A DNA stretch of 64,000 nt from an uncultured Clostridia bacterium (GTDB lineage Bacteria; Bacillota; Clostridia; Christensenellales; Aristaeellaceae): contig CAMKEI010000003.1 in assembly GCA_946411525.1 (NCBI GenBank), positions 31,892 to 95,891 on the forward strand, in the 5' to 3' direction. Both the position numbers and the translations under genes were made by a program. Each line of letters opens with the position of its first letter. The first letter of the stretch is position 1. This document shows, piece after piece, positions 1 to 9,436 of this stretch. The notes under the pieces are model-generated. The model was given only the letters and a program-made list of their open reading frames with translations. It was not told where the DNA came from and ran no database searches.

Positions 1-566
1 CGGAAACGGATGAATATACAGGGACGGGATATTTTACTGCAGCCATGGACCGGGCCTTACGGGCAAGCGATCCGGAGCAGATCGATCCGGACGGCAGCGG
101 GGACGTGAGCCTGAAAGAGCTGACCGCCAGGCTGGGTGGGATTCACGGCGCCAGCACGGTGTACTGCTATCCGGAGGAAAGCGGGGAGAGACTGTTTATC
201 CTGCCCGCGGATCGGAAAACCGGCAGCCGTCTGCAGGGTGTGACCTTCGGGCAGCCGGTGCTGGACGGGAACGCGGTACTTCTGCCGATCCATTTCCGTG
301 CGGGAGAGTCTGTACGGGTCATGTACCAGCTTGTGCCAGGACAGAACGGAAAATGGGACTTCGAACACGCGGTGAGGCTGCCGGACCGTGAAAAAACCGG
401 CCTGATCCGAGGTCTGGTAAGTCCTGGGGAGAAGGAACGGAAGATCCGCCTGACCGTGAAGAACCTGGGGGAGGACGGCAGGGCGCTGATGCAGATCATC
501 TCCTTCTCCGGGGACGCCCTGACGCCCTCCGTTGAAGCAGGAACTGTAATCAAGCTGGACAATTGA
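1..566 (+). CDS. Hypothetical protein, 5'-truncated by window edge
   Basis: The frame of the ORF at 45..566 is open back to position 3 (ETDEYTGTGYFTAAMDRALR...); no recognisable motif. Confidence 0.6.
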   Translation, partial: ETDEYTGTGYFTAAMDRALRASDPEQIDPDGSGDVSLKELTARLGGIHGASTVYCYPEESGERLFILPADRKTGSRLQGVTFGQPVLDGNAVLLPIHFRAGESVRVMYQLVPGQNGKWDFEHAVRLPDREKTGLIRGLVSPGEKERKIRLTVKNLGEDGRALMQIISFSGDALTPSVEAGTVIKLDN

Positions 567-624
567 CAGGCGATGGTGCATAATAATAAGGTTAACCGGA
601 TAATGAAAGATTGAGGTGAAAGAA

Positions 625-1467
625 TTGTCCGAATGTACTCATGACTGCTCTACCTGCGGCGCCGACTGTGCGAGCCGCAATAAGCCGGAGAGCCTGCTGG
701 AAGCCCAGAACGCGTTCAGCAACGTTAAGAAAGTGATTGCCGTGGTCAGCGGCAAGGGCGGCGTTGGCAAGAGCCTGGTAACAAGCCTGCTGGCCGTACT
801 GACAAAGCGCAACGGTCGCAGCGCCGCGATCCTGGACGCGGACATCACGGGACCGTCTATCCCGAAGATGTTTGGCGTACACGACAAAGCTATGGGTACG
901 GAAGACGGCATCCTGCCGGTTGAAAGCCGCACGGGCATTAAGATGATGAGTGTCAACCTGCTGCTGGAGAACGATACGGATCCGGTAATCTGGCGCGGCG
1001 CGCTGATCGCGGGAACGGTAAAGCAGTTCTGGACAGACGTGCTCTGGGGCGACGTAGATTACATGTTTGTGGATATGCCCCCGGGAACCGGCGATGTACC
1101 GCTGACGGTATTCCAGAGCCTGCCGGTGGACGGGATCATCATCGTGACGAGCCCGCAGGAGCTGGTCGGCATGATCGTCGAAAAAGCCGCGAAGATGGCG
1201 AAGATGATGAACATTCCGGTGCTGGGCCTGGTGGAGAACATGAGCTGGATTGCCTGCCCGGACTGTGGGAAGAAGATTTATCCCTTCGGTGAGAGCCGAA
1301 CGGCAAAGGTGGTGCTGGAAGAGGGTATTCCTCTGCTGGCGCAGCTTCCTATCGACCCGGCGCTGGCAAAGGAATGCGATACCGGCGTGATCGAACTATT
1401 CAACGAGGACTGGATGGAACCGGTTCTCCGGGCGGTTGAAGACTGCCCGAAAAGGATGAAGAAATAA
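625..1467 (+). CDS. mrp: Mrp/NBP35 (ApbC) Fe-S cluster carrier ATPase
   Basis: N-terminal CxxxCxxCxxxC, SGKGGVGKS Walker A, DADITGPS, DMPPGTGD, ENMS...CPDC. TTG start at 625 chosen because GAGGTG RBS lies at 613-618. Confidence 0.93.
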   Translation: MSECTHDCSTCGADCASRNKPESLLEAQNAFSNVKKVIAVVSGKGGVGKSLVTSLLAVLTKRNGRSAAILDADITGPSIPKMFGVHDKAMGTEDGILPVESRTGIKMMSVNLLLENDTDPVIWRGALIAGTVKQFWTDVLWGDVDYMFVDMPPGTGDVPLTVFQSLPVDGIIIVTSPQELVGMIVEKAAKMAKMMNIPVLGLVENMSWIACPDCGKKIYPFGESRTAKVVLEEGIPLLAQLPIDPALAKECDTGVIELFNEDWMEPVLRAVEDCPKRMKK

Positions 1468-1479
1468 TAAGGAGCAGGC

Positions 1480-2670
1480 ATGGCCAGAGGCAATCAGGGC
1501 ATAAACGACCAGTTGTTCCGTACACGTGGAAGAAATGCCGCCGAGACCCGGGAAACGCCGGAGGAGATCCGCCGGCGGCAGATCCGCAGCTGGATCATCC
1601 TGGTGGGCGTGGCGCTGGCTATCGTGCTTGGAATCCATTTCCTGGGCCGCTACGGTAAAGGGAAAGAGATCGGCATGGCGAAACTGCCGTGCTACTCAAA
1701 CCAGAATGTTACGCCGTTCCGGGACGGACTGGTATATTACGACGGGGCGTCCATTCACCATTTGTCCTCATCGGGCATGATCCGCTGGAGTTTTCCGGCG
1801 GGGAGTGATGTGAAGTTCGCTGTGGGGCCGACGCATATGGCGATCTGGTCCGGAACACAGCTTTTTCTGGTGGATAAGGACGGAAACGCCACCTATAACG
1901 AGAGTATGGAGGCGGACGTGCAGTTTGTCCGGATAGGCGAGCGGTACGTAGCAGCTGTGGTGGGTGACGATACAGATCCCAAACTGATTGTGAAGGACCT
2001 GAAAGGCGCGCAGGTTGACGCGGAGGCGGAGGGCTACAGCGGACTCATGATTCTGGACGCCGGATTCTACGGTGAACAGGGCGAGTATCTGTGGACGCTG
2101 GCTCTGGACGTATTCGGCACCGCGCCAAACACGATCATGAACACTTTCCAGGTTGGCAAAATGAACTACAACGAAGTCTCCCTGGGTGAGGCGCTGACTT
2201 ATAAGGTGATCTATGAGAACGCGAAGCTGAGGGTGTTCACGACGCGGCAGGTTTACACCTACGACTATATGGGTGTACAGGACACAAACAGTACAATGCT
2301 GGTCTACGGCTGGAAGCTGATTGACGCTGACATCCCGGAGCGGGGACGCGCAAAGCTGCTGCTGGCTCCGACGAGCCAGACATCCAGCGCGCAGCTGATT
2401 TCCGAGCTACGGGTGCTGGAAGGCATGGATGACAAGCGGTATACGCTGCCGACCACCTGCGTAGGCGCAAGCATCTACCGCGGAAACATCTACGCGATTT
2501 CAACGGACTACATCTACCGGGCGGACATGTCGAGCCAGAAATTCTTCGGCTATCAGATTCCAGCACCGGAAGGCGTGGGGATTACCGCGTTTTACGGCAT
2601 CACAGACGACGGCAGGATGCTGCTGGCGTCCGGAGAGACGATGTATTCCATGACGCTGCCGGAGCGTTAA
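1480..2670 (+). CDS. Membrane-anchored beta-propeller-like protein (DUF5711-like)
   Basis: AAGGAG RBS; basic N-terminus, one TM helix (WIILVGVALAIVLGIHFL), then beta-rich repeats. Confidence 0.6.
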   Translation: MARGNQGINDQLFRTRGRNAAETRETPEEIRRRQIRSWIILVGVALAIVLGIHFLGRYGKGKEIGMAKLPCYSNQNVTPFRDGLVYYDGASIHHLSSSGMIRWSFPAGSDVKFAVGPTHMAIWSGTQLFLVDKDGNATYNESMEADVQFVRIGERYVAAVVGDDTDPKLIVKDLKGAQVDAEAEGYSGLMILDAGFYGEQGEYLWTLALDVFGTAPNTIMNTFQVGKMNYNEVSLGEALTYKVIYENAKLRVFTTRQVYTYDYMGVQDTNSTMLVYGWKLIDADIPERGRAKLLLAPTSQTSSAQLISELRVLEGMDDKRYTLPTTCVGASIYRGNIYAISTDYIYRADMSSQKFFGYQIPAPEGVGITAFYGITDDGRMLLASGETMYSMTLPER

Positions 2671-2713
2671 TATTCCATAATTCAGAATGAATGGGCAAGG
2701 GAGATCAGAGACT

Positions 2714-4162
2714 ATGGCGAAGGAACAGAAACAGGAATTTGTAAACTTCATCACCCCCCGGAACGAGGACTTTTCCCAGTGGTATACGGACGTGATCAAG
2801 CAGACGGAACTGTGCGACTACGCACCTGTCCGCGGATGCATGATTATCCGGCCGTACGGATACGCTATCTGGGAGCGGATCCAGGCGGAAATGGACGCGC
2901 GGTTCAAGGAGACCGGCGCGGAGAACGTTTATTTCCCGATGCTGATCCCGGAAAGCCTGCTGCTGAAGGAAGCAGAGCATGTGGAAGGCTTCGCGCCTGA
3001 AGTCGCCTGGGTGACGAAGGGCGGCACGGAAGAGCTGCAGGAGCGGCTGGCTGTGCGGCCGACAAGTGAGACTATTTTCTGCTCCATGTATTCCAAGTGG
3101 GTGCAGACCTGGCGCGATCTTCCGATGATGTATAATCAGTGGTGCTCCGTCATGCGCTGGGAAAAGGCCACGCGCCCGTTCCTGCGCACCAGCGAGTTCC
3201 TCTGGCAGGAGGGCCATACGATTCACGCCACCGCGGAGGAGGCGGAGGAGGAAACCCTGAAGATGCTGGAGGTTTACCGCGAGGTCGCCGAGGACGTGCT
3301 GGCGCTGCCGGTGTACGTCGGCCGCAAGAGCGACAAGGAAAAGTTCGCCGGCGCCCGGGCCACCTATTCCATGGAAGCCATGATGCAGGACGGCAAAGCC
3401 CTGCAGGCGGGCACGAGCCACAACTTCGGAACGAACTTTGCAGAAGCCTTCGATATCCGTTACCAGAGCAAGGAAGGCAAGCTGGAGTATGTGAACGAGA
3501 CCAGTTGGGGCGTGAGTACGCGACTGATCGGCGCGATTATCATGACTCACGGCGACGAGCGCGGACTGCGCCTGCCTCCGAAGGTCGCCCCGATCCAGGC
3601 GGTGATCCTGCCTATCGCGGCGCATAAGGGCGGCGTGATGGAAGCCTGCGAAAAACTGTTCGGCGAGCTGAAGAAGGCCGGTTTCCGGGTGAAGCTCGAC
3701 GACCGGGATACCGTCAGCCCCGGATTCAAATTCAACGACTGGGAGCTGAAGGGCGTGCCGGTGAGGCTGGAGGTCGGTCCGCGGGACCTGGAGAACGGCG
3801 TGGTGACGGTGTTCCGCCGTGATACGTTTGAAAAGTTCACGCTGCCGCTGGACAGCGTCACAGAGAAGCTGGGCGGACTGCTGGACGATATCCAGAAGAC
3901 GCTGTACGAACAGGCAAAAGCATTCCGGGACGAGCGGACCGTGCAGGTTGAGAATATGGAAGAGCTCGGCAGCGCTGTGGAAAATGGATTTGCCCGAGCC
4001 ATGTGGTGCGGTGAGCGTGCGTGTGAGGACGAGATCAAGGATAAGTTCAATGCGTCCTCCCGGAATATGCCGTTTGACCAGGAGAAATACCGCTTCGGCA
4101 ACAAGTGCGTCTGCTGCGGCAAACCGGCCGACAAAGTCATGTATTTTGCGAAAGCATACTGA
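2714..4162 (+). CDS. proS: Proline--tRNA ligase (archaeal/eukaryotic-type)
   Basis: RPTSET, PFLRTSEFLWQEGHT, QAGTSH, SWGVSTRLIGA motifs; C-terminal CxxC and terminal FAKAY. Confidence 0.97.
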   Translation: MAKEQKQEFVNFITPRNEDFSQWYTDVIKQTELCDYAPVRGCMIIRPYGYAIWERIQAEMDARFKETGAENVYFPMLIPESLLLKEAEHVEGFAPEVAWVTKGGTEELQERLAVRPTSETIFCSMYSKWVQTWRDLPMMYNQWCSVMRWEKATRPFLRTSEFLWQEGHTIHATAEEAEEETLKMLEVYREVAEDVLALPVYVGRKSDKEKFAGARATYSMEAMMQDGKALQAGTSHNFGTNFAEAFDIRYQSKEGKLEYVNETSWGVSTRLIGAIIMTHGDERGLRLPPKVAPIQAVILPIAAHKGGVMEACEKLFGELKKAGFRVKLDDRDTVSPGFKFNDWELKGVPVRLEVGPRDLENGVVTVFRRDTFEKFTLPLDSVTEKLGGLLDDIQKTLYEQAKAFRDERTVQVENMEELGSAVENGFARAMWCGERACEDEIKDKFNASSRNMPFDQEKYRFGNKCVCCGKPADKVMYFAKAY

Positions 4163-4206
4163 AGTATTTCAGAATGAAGCGCTGCAGAGGGGAAGAGGTT
4201 TGAACC

Positions 4207-5238
4207 ATGACGATCTACGTTGACGCGATGGGCGGCGACCTGGCGCCGGAGGCGCCGGTCAAAGGCGCACTGAGGGCACTGCGGCAGTATCCGCACCTGA
4301 CGATCATCCTGGCGGGCAAACTGGATGAAGTGAAACCGTTCCTGGGTGATTATGAGGACGTGAAAGACCGACTGATCCTGGAGGAGCAGCCGGAGATCAT
4401 CACGAACCATGAGAGCCCGGTGATGGGTGTGCGCAAAAAGGTGAACAGCGCGACGGTGCAGGGAATGCTGAAGGTTCGCAACGGTGAGGCGGACGGTTTT
4501 GTTTCTGCGGGATCCACAGGCGCGACACTGGCCGGCGGCATGTTCCGGCTGGGCCGGATTCCGGGGATAGAGCGTCCGGCGCTGGCACCGCTGATGCCTA
4601 ACGGAAAAGGACATTTCCTGTTGATTGACTGCGGCGCGAACGTGGACTGCAAGCCGGAATACCTGGTACAGTTCGGTATTATGGGCGACGCCTATATGCG
4701 CGGCGTGGTGGGTATGGAGAATCCCCGGATCGGCCTGGTGAACATCGGCGCGGAGGCTGAAAAGGGCAATGCGCTGGTGAAGGAGACCTATCCGCTGATG
4801 GAGAAAGCTCCTTACAACTTCATCGGCAACGTGGAAGCCCGGGATGTGCCGCTGGGGCAGGCGGATGTATGTGTGACAGACGGATTCGGGGGAAACCTGA
4901 TCCTGAAGTATACCGAAGGACTGGCCACCGCGCTGCTGGGCCTGATCAAGCAGGAGCTGATGGCGGATACACGCGGAAAGATCGCCGGGCTGATCGCCAA
5001 GCCTGCGTTCAGGCGCGTGAAGCTGGCCATGAGTTCCGATGAGATCGGCGGAGCGCCGTTGCTGGGTGTGCAGGGAGCGGTGATCAAGGCCCACGGCTCC
5101 AGCAACGATTACGCATTCTGCAGTGCAATCAAGCAATGCATCAGGATGATCGACGGAAACGTCGTGAAGTCAATTGAAGAAAACGTGACGAAACTGCTCA
5201 AAGGGCAAAAAACCGAAGAAGAAACCAGCCGGGAGTAA
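4207..5238 (+). CDS. plsX: Phosphate acyltransferase PlsX
   Basis: VDAMGGD, SAGSTGA, IERPAL, DCGANVD, DGFGGN, GGAPLLG, KAHGSS. Confidence 0.97.
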   Translation: MTIYVDAMGGDLAPEAPVKGALRALRQYPHLTIILAGKLDEVKPFLGDYEDVKDRLILEEQPEIITNHESPVMGVRKKVNSATVQGMLKVRNGEADGFVSAGSTGATLAGGMFRLGRIPGIERPALAPLMPNGKGHFLLIDCGANVDCKPEYLVQFGIMGDAYMRGVVGMENPRIGLVNIGAEAEKGNALVKETYPLMEKAPYNFIGNVEARDVPLGQADVCVTDGFGGNLILKYTEGLATALLGLIKQELMADTRGKIAGLIAKPAFRRVKLAMSSDEIGGAPLLGVQGAVIKAHGSSNDYAFCSAIKQCIRMIDGNVVKSIEENVTKLLKGQKTEEETSRE

Positions 5239-5268
5239 CCCGGTGAAATAAAAGGGGAGGTAAACACA

Positions 5269-5499
5269 ATGAATTTTGAAACCGTCAGAGACATGATTGC
5301 CGAACAACTGAAGGTGGACCCGTCAGAGATCAAACCCGAGAGCCGGCTGATGGAAGACCTGAAAGCGGACAGCGCAAATATCATGGTGATGATTATGGAC
5401 ATGGAAGATCGGTTCGGCATCACGGTGGAAGATGACCAGATCATGAAGCTGAAAACCGTGGGCGACGTGGCTGAATATATCGCCAGCGTGAAGGGGTAA
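5269..5499 (+). CDS. acpP: Acyl carrier protein (atypical DSAN motif)
   Basis: 76 aa, acidic; EDLKADSANI...EDRFGI...TVGD; between plsX and rnc; GGGGAGG RBS. Confidence 0.88.
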   Translation: MNFETVRDMIAEQLKVDPSEIKPESRLMEDLKADSANIMVMIMDMEDRFGITVEDDQIMKLKTVGDVAEYIASVKG

Positions 5500-5512
5500 G
5501 CAGAAGGCTGAC

Positions 5513-6187
5513 ATGCTGGATCAGGTAATGAAAGCCCTGGGCTATACTTTTCGCGACGAAGCGCTGCTTCGCCGCGCTTTGACGCATCCGTCCATGGGAA
5601 AAGACGATAATCAGCGGCTTGAGTTTCTGGGAGACGCGGTGCTGCAGTATCTGATGAGCGACGTCCTGTACCGGGCACATCCTTCAGAGCGGGAAGGTGC
5701 ACTGACCCATCGGAGGGCGTTGCTGGTGTGTGAAGCAGCGCTGAGTGCCATTGCCCGGAAGCTGAACCTGGGTGAAGCGCTGATTATGGACAGGGGCGAA
5801 GAACTGACCGGCGGCCGGGACAAGCCAAGCGTCCTCTGTGACACGATGGAGGCCGTGCTCGCTGCTGTGTACCTGGATGGCGGAATGGACGCCGCCCGGG
5901 GCGTGGTGGAACGCTGCTGGCCGGATGAGAACGAGGTTTCCCGTCCGCTTCAGGACGCCAAAGGCGCACTGCAGGAGGCGCTGCAGAAGGACGGAGGGGA
6001 ATCCCCTACGTACGAAATCACCGGGCAGAGCGGCCCGCCCCATGCACCGGTATTCCGGGCAGCGGTATTCTGGCAGGGCAGGAGACTGGCCGAGGGCGAA
6101 GGAAAGACCAAGAAGCAGGCAGAACAGGCAGCTGCGCTGCAGGCACTGCAGACAGTACAGGACAGCGGTCAGAGTGTGATGATATGA
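5513..6187 (+). CDS. rnc: Ribonuclease III
   Basis: ALTHPS, NQRLEFLGDAVL signature, EAVLAAVYLDGG, dsRBD (GPPH...GKTKKQAEQAAA). Confidence 0.97.
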   Translation: MLDQVMKALGYTFRDEALLRRALTHPSMGKDDNQRLEFLGDAVLQYLMSDVLYRAHPSEREGALTHRRALLVCEAALSAIARKLNLGEALIMDRGEELTGGRDKPSVLCDTMEAVLAAVYLDGGMDAARGVVERCWPDENEVSRPLQDAKGALQEALQKDGGESPTYEITGQSGPPHAPVFRAAVFWQGRRLAEGEGKTKKQAEQAAALQALQTVQDSGQSVMI

Positions 6188-7023
6188 ACAAACCGCCTAT
6201 TGTGATTGTTACAAGATTCAATATCAGGGTACATTTTAAATGCGCTCCCAAAGCAGGCACGAATATTCCGGAAAAGCCCTGGTGTGATTCTTCCTGGATG
6301 AGCGAACGCATGCGCCTGTTTGAGACATATACTTTACCGTCCGTCGCCAGACAATCGGAAGATTATGAATGGCTCGTCCTTTTCCACAAGGACACACCTC
6401 CGGAATTCAGGAATCGCATAACTCAACTGAACGGGAAAGTGCCGCAGATGACACCGATCTATCTGGATGATGAGGAATGCGACTATCATCTGCGTATGGT
6501 CAGCGACTATATCAGGAAAAAGTATTCTACCGGCAGAGTTATTACGCTTCGGATCGACAGTGACGATATTATACACCATGACTATCTCACCAGACTCCTG
6601 AAGGAAACAGACAAGATCAGCAGTGTACCGACGATTATATCGTTTACCGATGGCTTTTCGTTTGACGAGGAGTCAAAAAGAATCAAATGGTATCACTATG
6701 AACAAAATCATTTTCTTGCGATGATTACAGATGCAAGCGATGAAAAAAACTGCATTCTGCATTTTGCCCATACCACCATCAAACAGAGAGGCATACCGAT
6801 TCTGTCCATAAAGGAAAAGAACCCTGTCACCTGGATCGAGGTCGTTTCAAGAGTCAATTATATCAATACATTCAGATCCGGCCCGGACGGATGCTGCTTC
6901 CCGTACAGAATGAAAACAGAATATCCGCAGCTGGATCTTCATTACAATCCATTCACCTGGGTGATGCTGTGCCTGAAAAACCGGACAGACGTTTCGGGGA
7001 AAAGGAATAACAAAGCGGATTAA
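6184..7023 (+). CDS. Putative glycosyltransferase (putative rhamnosyl transferase-like, GT-A related)
   Basis: IVTRFN, RMRLFETYTLPSVARQS, WLVLF, TLRIDSDD pattern; visibly more AT-rich than neighbours; ATGA overlap with rnc. Confidence 0.7.
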   Translation: MNKPPIVIVTRFNIRVHFKCAPKAGTNIPEKPWCDSSWMSERMRLFETYTLPSVARQSEDYEWLVLFHKDTPPEFRNRITQLNGKVPQMTPIYLDDEECDYHLRMVSDYIRKKYSTGRVITLRIDSDDIIHHDYLTRLLKETDKISSVPTIISFTDGFSFDEESKRIKWYHYEQNHFLAMITDASDEKNCILHFAHTTIKQRGIPILSIKEKNPVTWIEVVSRVNYINTFRSGPDGCCFPYRMKTEYPQLDLHYNPFTWVMLCLKNRTDVSGKRNNKAD

Positions 7024-7052
7024 GAAAATATTACAAAAACATGAATATACCG

Positions 7053-7081
7053 TTGACATCCTGTAACGTATAAGATAAGAT
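7053..7081 (+). promoter_or_regulatory. Putative sigmaA promoter for the PG-binding protein gene
   Basis: TTGACA-N17-TAAGAT. Confidence 0.55.
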
Positions 7082-7145
7082 TATGCTGTATACGAATGCC
7101 GGCGGGATTTTTATACTCTTTTCCCGCACGATGGGAGGTTATCGT

Positions 7146-9383
7146 ATGTCTCAGCTGAGGAAACGTCTTCATATGCTGACGGCACTGATCGCGGCGCTGA
7201 TGATCCTTGTATGCGCCGTCCCTGCTCCTGTTTTCGCAGCATCCGGATCGGATACGACGGAGACGCTGGAGACTGTCAGCAGCTATCCCTACACCACGAA
7301 GACGAAAGTGAAGGTGAACCTGCGGTCCGGCCGTTCCACCCGGAGCACTTTACTGAAGAAGATTCCGGCGGGGGCCGAGATCACGGTAAAGGCGGTCAAA
7401 GGTTCCTGGGCTGAGGTCGATTACAAGAAGTATTCCGGCTACGTAAAGACTGACTATATCGTGCTGAAACAGGTCAAGAAGGTCAAGGTAACTCCTACAC
7501 CGAAGCCCTCGCCGACACTGAGTCCGGAAGAAGACGCCGGAGGATACCGGATTCTTCAGAAGGGTGACAGCGGCGATAATGTGACCGCGCTGCAGGAGGC
7601 TCTGATCGAGCTGGGTTTCCTGAAAGGCACAACCGACAGCAAATTCGGTGCGGGGACGGAACGGGCAGTTATCGCTTTCCAGGAAAAGAATGAATATCCT
7701 GCCACGGGCATTATGGACGCGAATATACAGGCCTTCCTGTATACAGGACAAGTAAAGAACGCTTCAGGCGAAAAGGTCAGCGTAAAAACCCTCAGCCCGG
7801 TGGACGGCGTATCCATGAAGAAGGGCAATAAAGGTTTCCTGGTGACCAGGCTGCAGAAGCGGCTGATTGAGCTGGGTTACCTGAAAGGATCCGCTACAGG
7901 CACATACGGCGCAGATACGATTTCAGCGGTTCGTTCCTTCCAGAAAAAGAACGGACTGACATCGAACGGGACGGCGGACAGTGCTACCCAGAAACAGCTA
8001 TATTCCGACAAGGCAATCGACGCGAGCGCCACCGCGACGCCGGCCCCGACTAAAACACCGAAGCCGACTGCGACGCCGAGTCCTACACCGAAAATCCCGA
8101 CTGAATCCCTGAAGAAAGGAGCGACCGGCGCAGACGTCAGGACGCTCCAGAAGCGGCTGAAAGAACTGAAATATTACACGGATATCGTTGACGGCAAGAT
8201 GGGCAGTACGACCGTGAGCGCCGTGAAGGCGTTCCAGCAGGCGCACGGCCTGGAACCGGACGGCGTGGCAGGCAAAGCGACCTACACGATTCTGTTCAGC
8301 GAGGAAGCACTGCCCAAGGGAACGACGCCGACGCCGGTGCCCACCGATACCCCTAAGCCGAAGGCAACGGAGCAAAGCGCCGCCACGGCGTCTTCTCTTT
8401 GGCCCACGATGCGGAAGAACGATAGCGGGGACAACGTAGCCCAGCTGCAGGAAGCCCTGATTGAACTCGGATACCTGTCCGGCATGGCGGACGGCAATTA
8501 CGGCACGGATACGGCAGATGCTGTGAAAGCGTTCCAGCGGGAGAACGGTCTGACAGTGGACGGCACAGCCGGCGTGCAGACGCAGAAGGTTCTGTTTGGC
8601 GGCAACGCGAAGAAGGCAGCCTCGAAAGCAACAGCAACACCTGCCCCCAAGGGCACGGCTACGCCAGCTCCCGGCAACAGTACGCTGAAAGTCGGTTCCA
8701 AAGGTTCAGATGTAAAGAGCCTGCAGAACAAACTGATCGAACTGGGTTATCTGTCCGGCAAGGCAGACGGGATATACGGCGCCCAGACCGCGGCGGCGGT
8801 AAGAGCCTATCAGAAAGCCAGCAAACTGACTGTGGACGGTATCGCGGGGAAGATGACGCTGAACAGCCTGCAAGGCGCTTCTGCCGTAAAAACCGGTACA
8901 ACGACCGCGGCCGTGACTGTCACGGCACAACAGGGATCAACCTCTGTAAAGCCAAGCGCCGCGAAGGTGCAGTATGCCAACTGGTATGAGAAGGTCAAGT
9001 CTGTTGCCAAGAAATACCCCTACGCAACAGTGTATGATTTCGCCACCGGGATCAGCTGGCAGATCCATATCTTCTCCGTCGGCGCACACGCAGACTATGA
9101 ACCCGTGACGGCAAACGATACTGCGAAGCTGCTGAAGGTATTCGGCGGAAACACATGGAACCCGCGGGCTGTTTGGGTGGTCTTCTCAGACGGAAGCGTA
9201 TATATCGGATCCACGCACTCCATGCCGCATGACGTTCAGCACACGACGGACAACAACTTTGCCGGTCATTCATGCCTGCATTTTCCGCGGACGCAGGAGC
9301 AGGTGACATCGATCGGGCCGTACGCCACGAAGCATCAGGAAATCATCGACGCCGGATGGGCGACGACACAGAAACTGAAATAA
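7146..9383 (+). CDS. Secreted cell-wall protein: signal peptide, SH3b, five PG_binding_1 domains, Thr/Pro linkers, C-terminal His/Cys domain
   Basis: GGAGG RBS at 7134; VNLRSGRS...GSWAEVDY...GYV SH3b; five (L/M)xxGxxGxxVxxLQxxLxxL-type PG-binding repeats; C-terminal MPH...GHSCLHF. Confidence 0.88.
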   Translation: MSQLRKRLHMLTALIAALMILVCAVPAPVFAASGSDTTETLETVSSYPYTTKTKVKVNLRSGRSTRSTLLKKIPAGAEITVKAVKGSWAEVDYKKYSGYVKTDYIVLKQVKKVKVTPTPKPSPTLSPEEDAGGYRILQKGDSGDNVTALQEALIELGFLKGTTDSKFGAGTERAVIAFQEKNEYPATGIMDANIQAFLYTGQVKNASGEKVSVKTLSPVDGVSMKKGNKGFLVTRLQKRLIELGYLKGSATGTYGADTISAVRSFQKKNGLTSNGTADSATQKQLYSDKAIDASATATPAPTKTPKPTATPSPTPKIPTESLKKGATGADVRTLQKRLKELKYYTDIVDGKMGSTTVSAVKAFQQAHGLEPDGVAGKATYTILFSEEALPKGTTPTPVPTDTPKPKATEQSAATASSLWPTMRKNDSGDNVAQLQEALIELGYLSGMADGNYGTDTADAVKAFQRENGLTVDGTAGVQTQKVLFGGNAKKAASKATATPAPKGTATPAPGNSTLKVGSKGSDVKSLQNKLIELGYLSGKADGIYGAQTAAAVRAYQKASKLTVDGIAGKMTLNSLQGASAVKTGTTTAAVTVTAQQGSTSVKPSAAKVQYANWYEKVKSVAKKYPYATVYDFATGISWQIHIFSVGAHADYEPVTANDTAKLLKVFGGNTWNPRAVWVVFSDGSVYIGSTHSMPHDVQHTTDNNFAGHSCLHFPRTQEQVTSIGPYATKHQEIIDAGWATTQKLK

Positions 9384-9404
9384 CCCATGGCCACAGATAC
9401 TCAG

Positions 9405-9436
9405 AAGCCGGAAGCTCAGTGCTTCCGGCTTTTTTT
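9405..9436. terminator. Hairpin terminator between convergent cell-wall genes
   Basis: AAGCCGGAAGC-tcagt-GCTTCCGGCTT followed by a T-run; overlaps the stop of the minus-strand gene. Confidence 0.8.

Noticed and set aside
3547-5136. Long antisense ORFs (for example 3547-5136 -, 14494-15906 -, 22487-24325 +, 49492-50781 -, 56036-57610 +, 57968-59452 +)
   Set aside because: Shadow frames of well-supported genes in GC-rich DNA; no motifs or RBS
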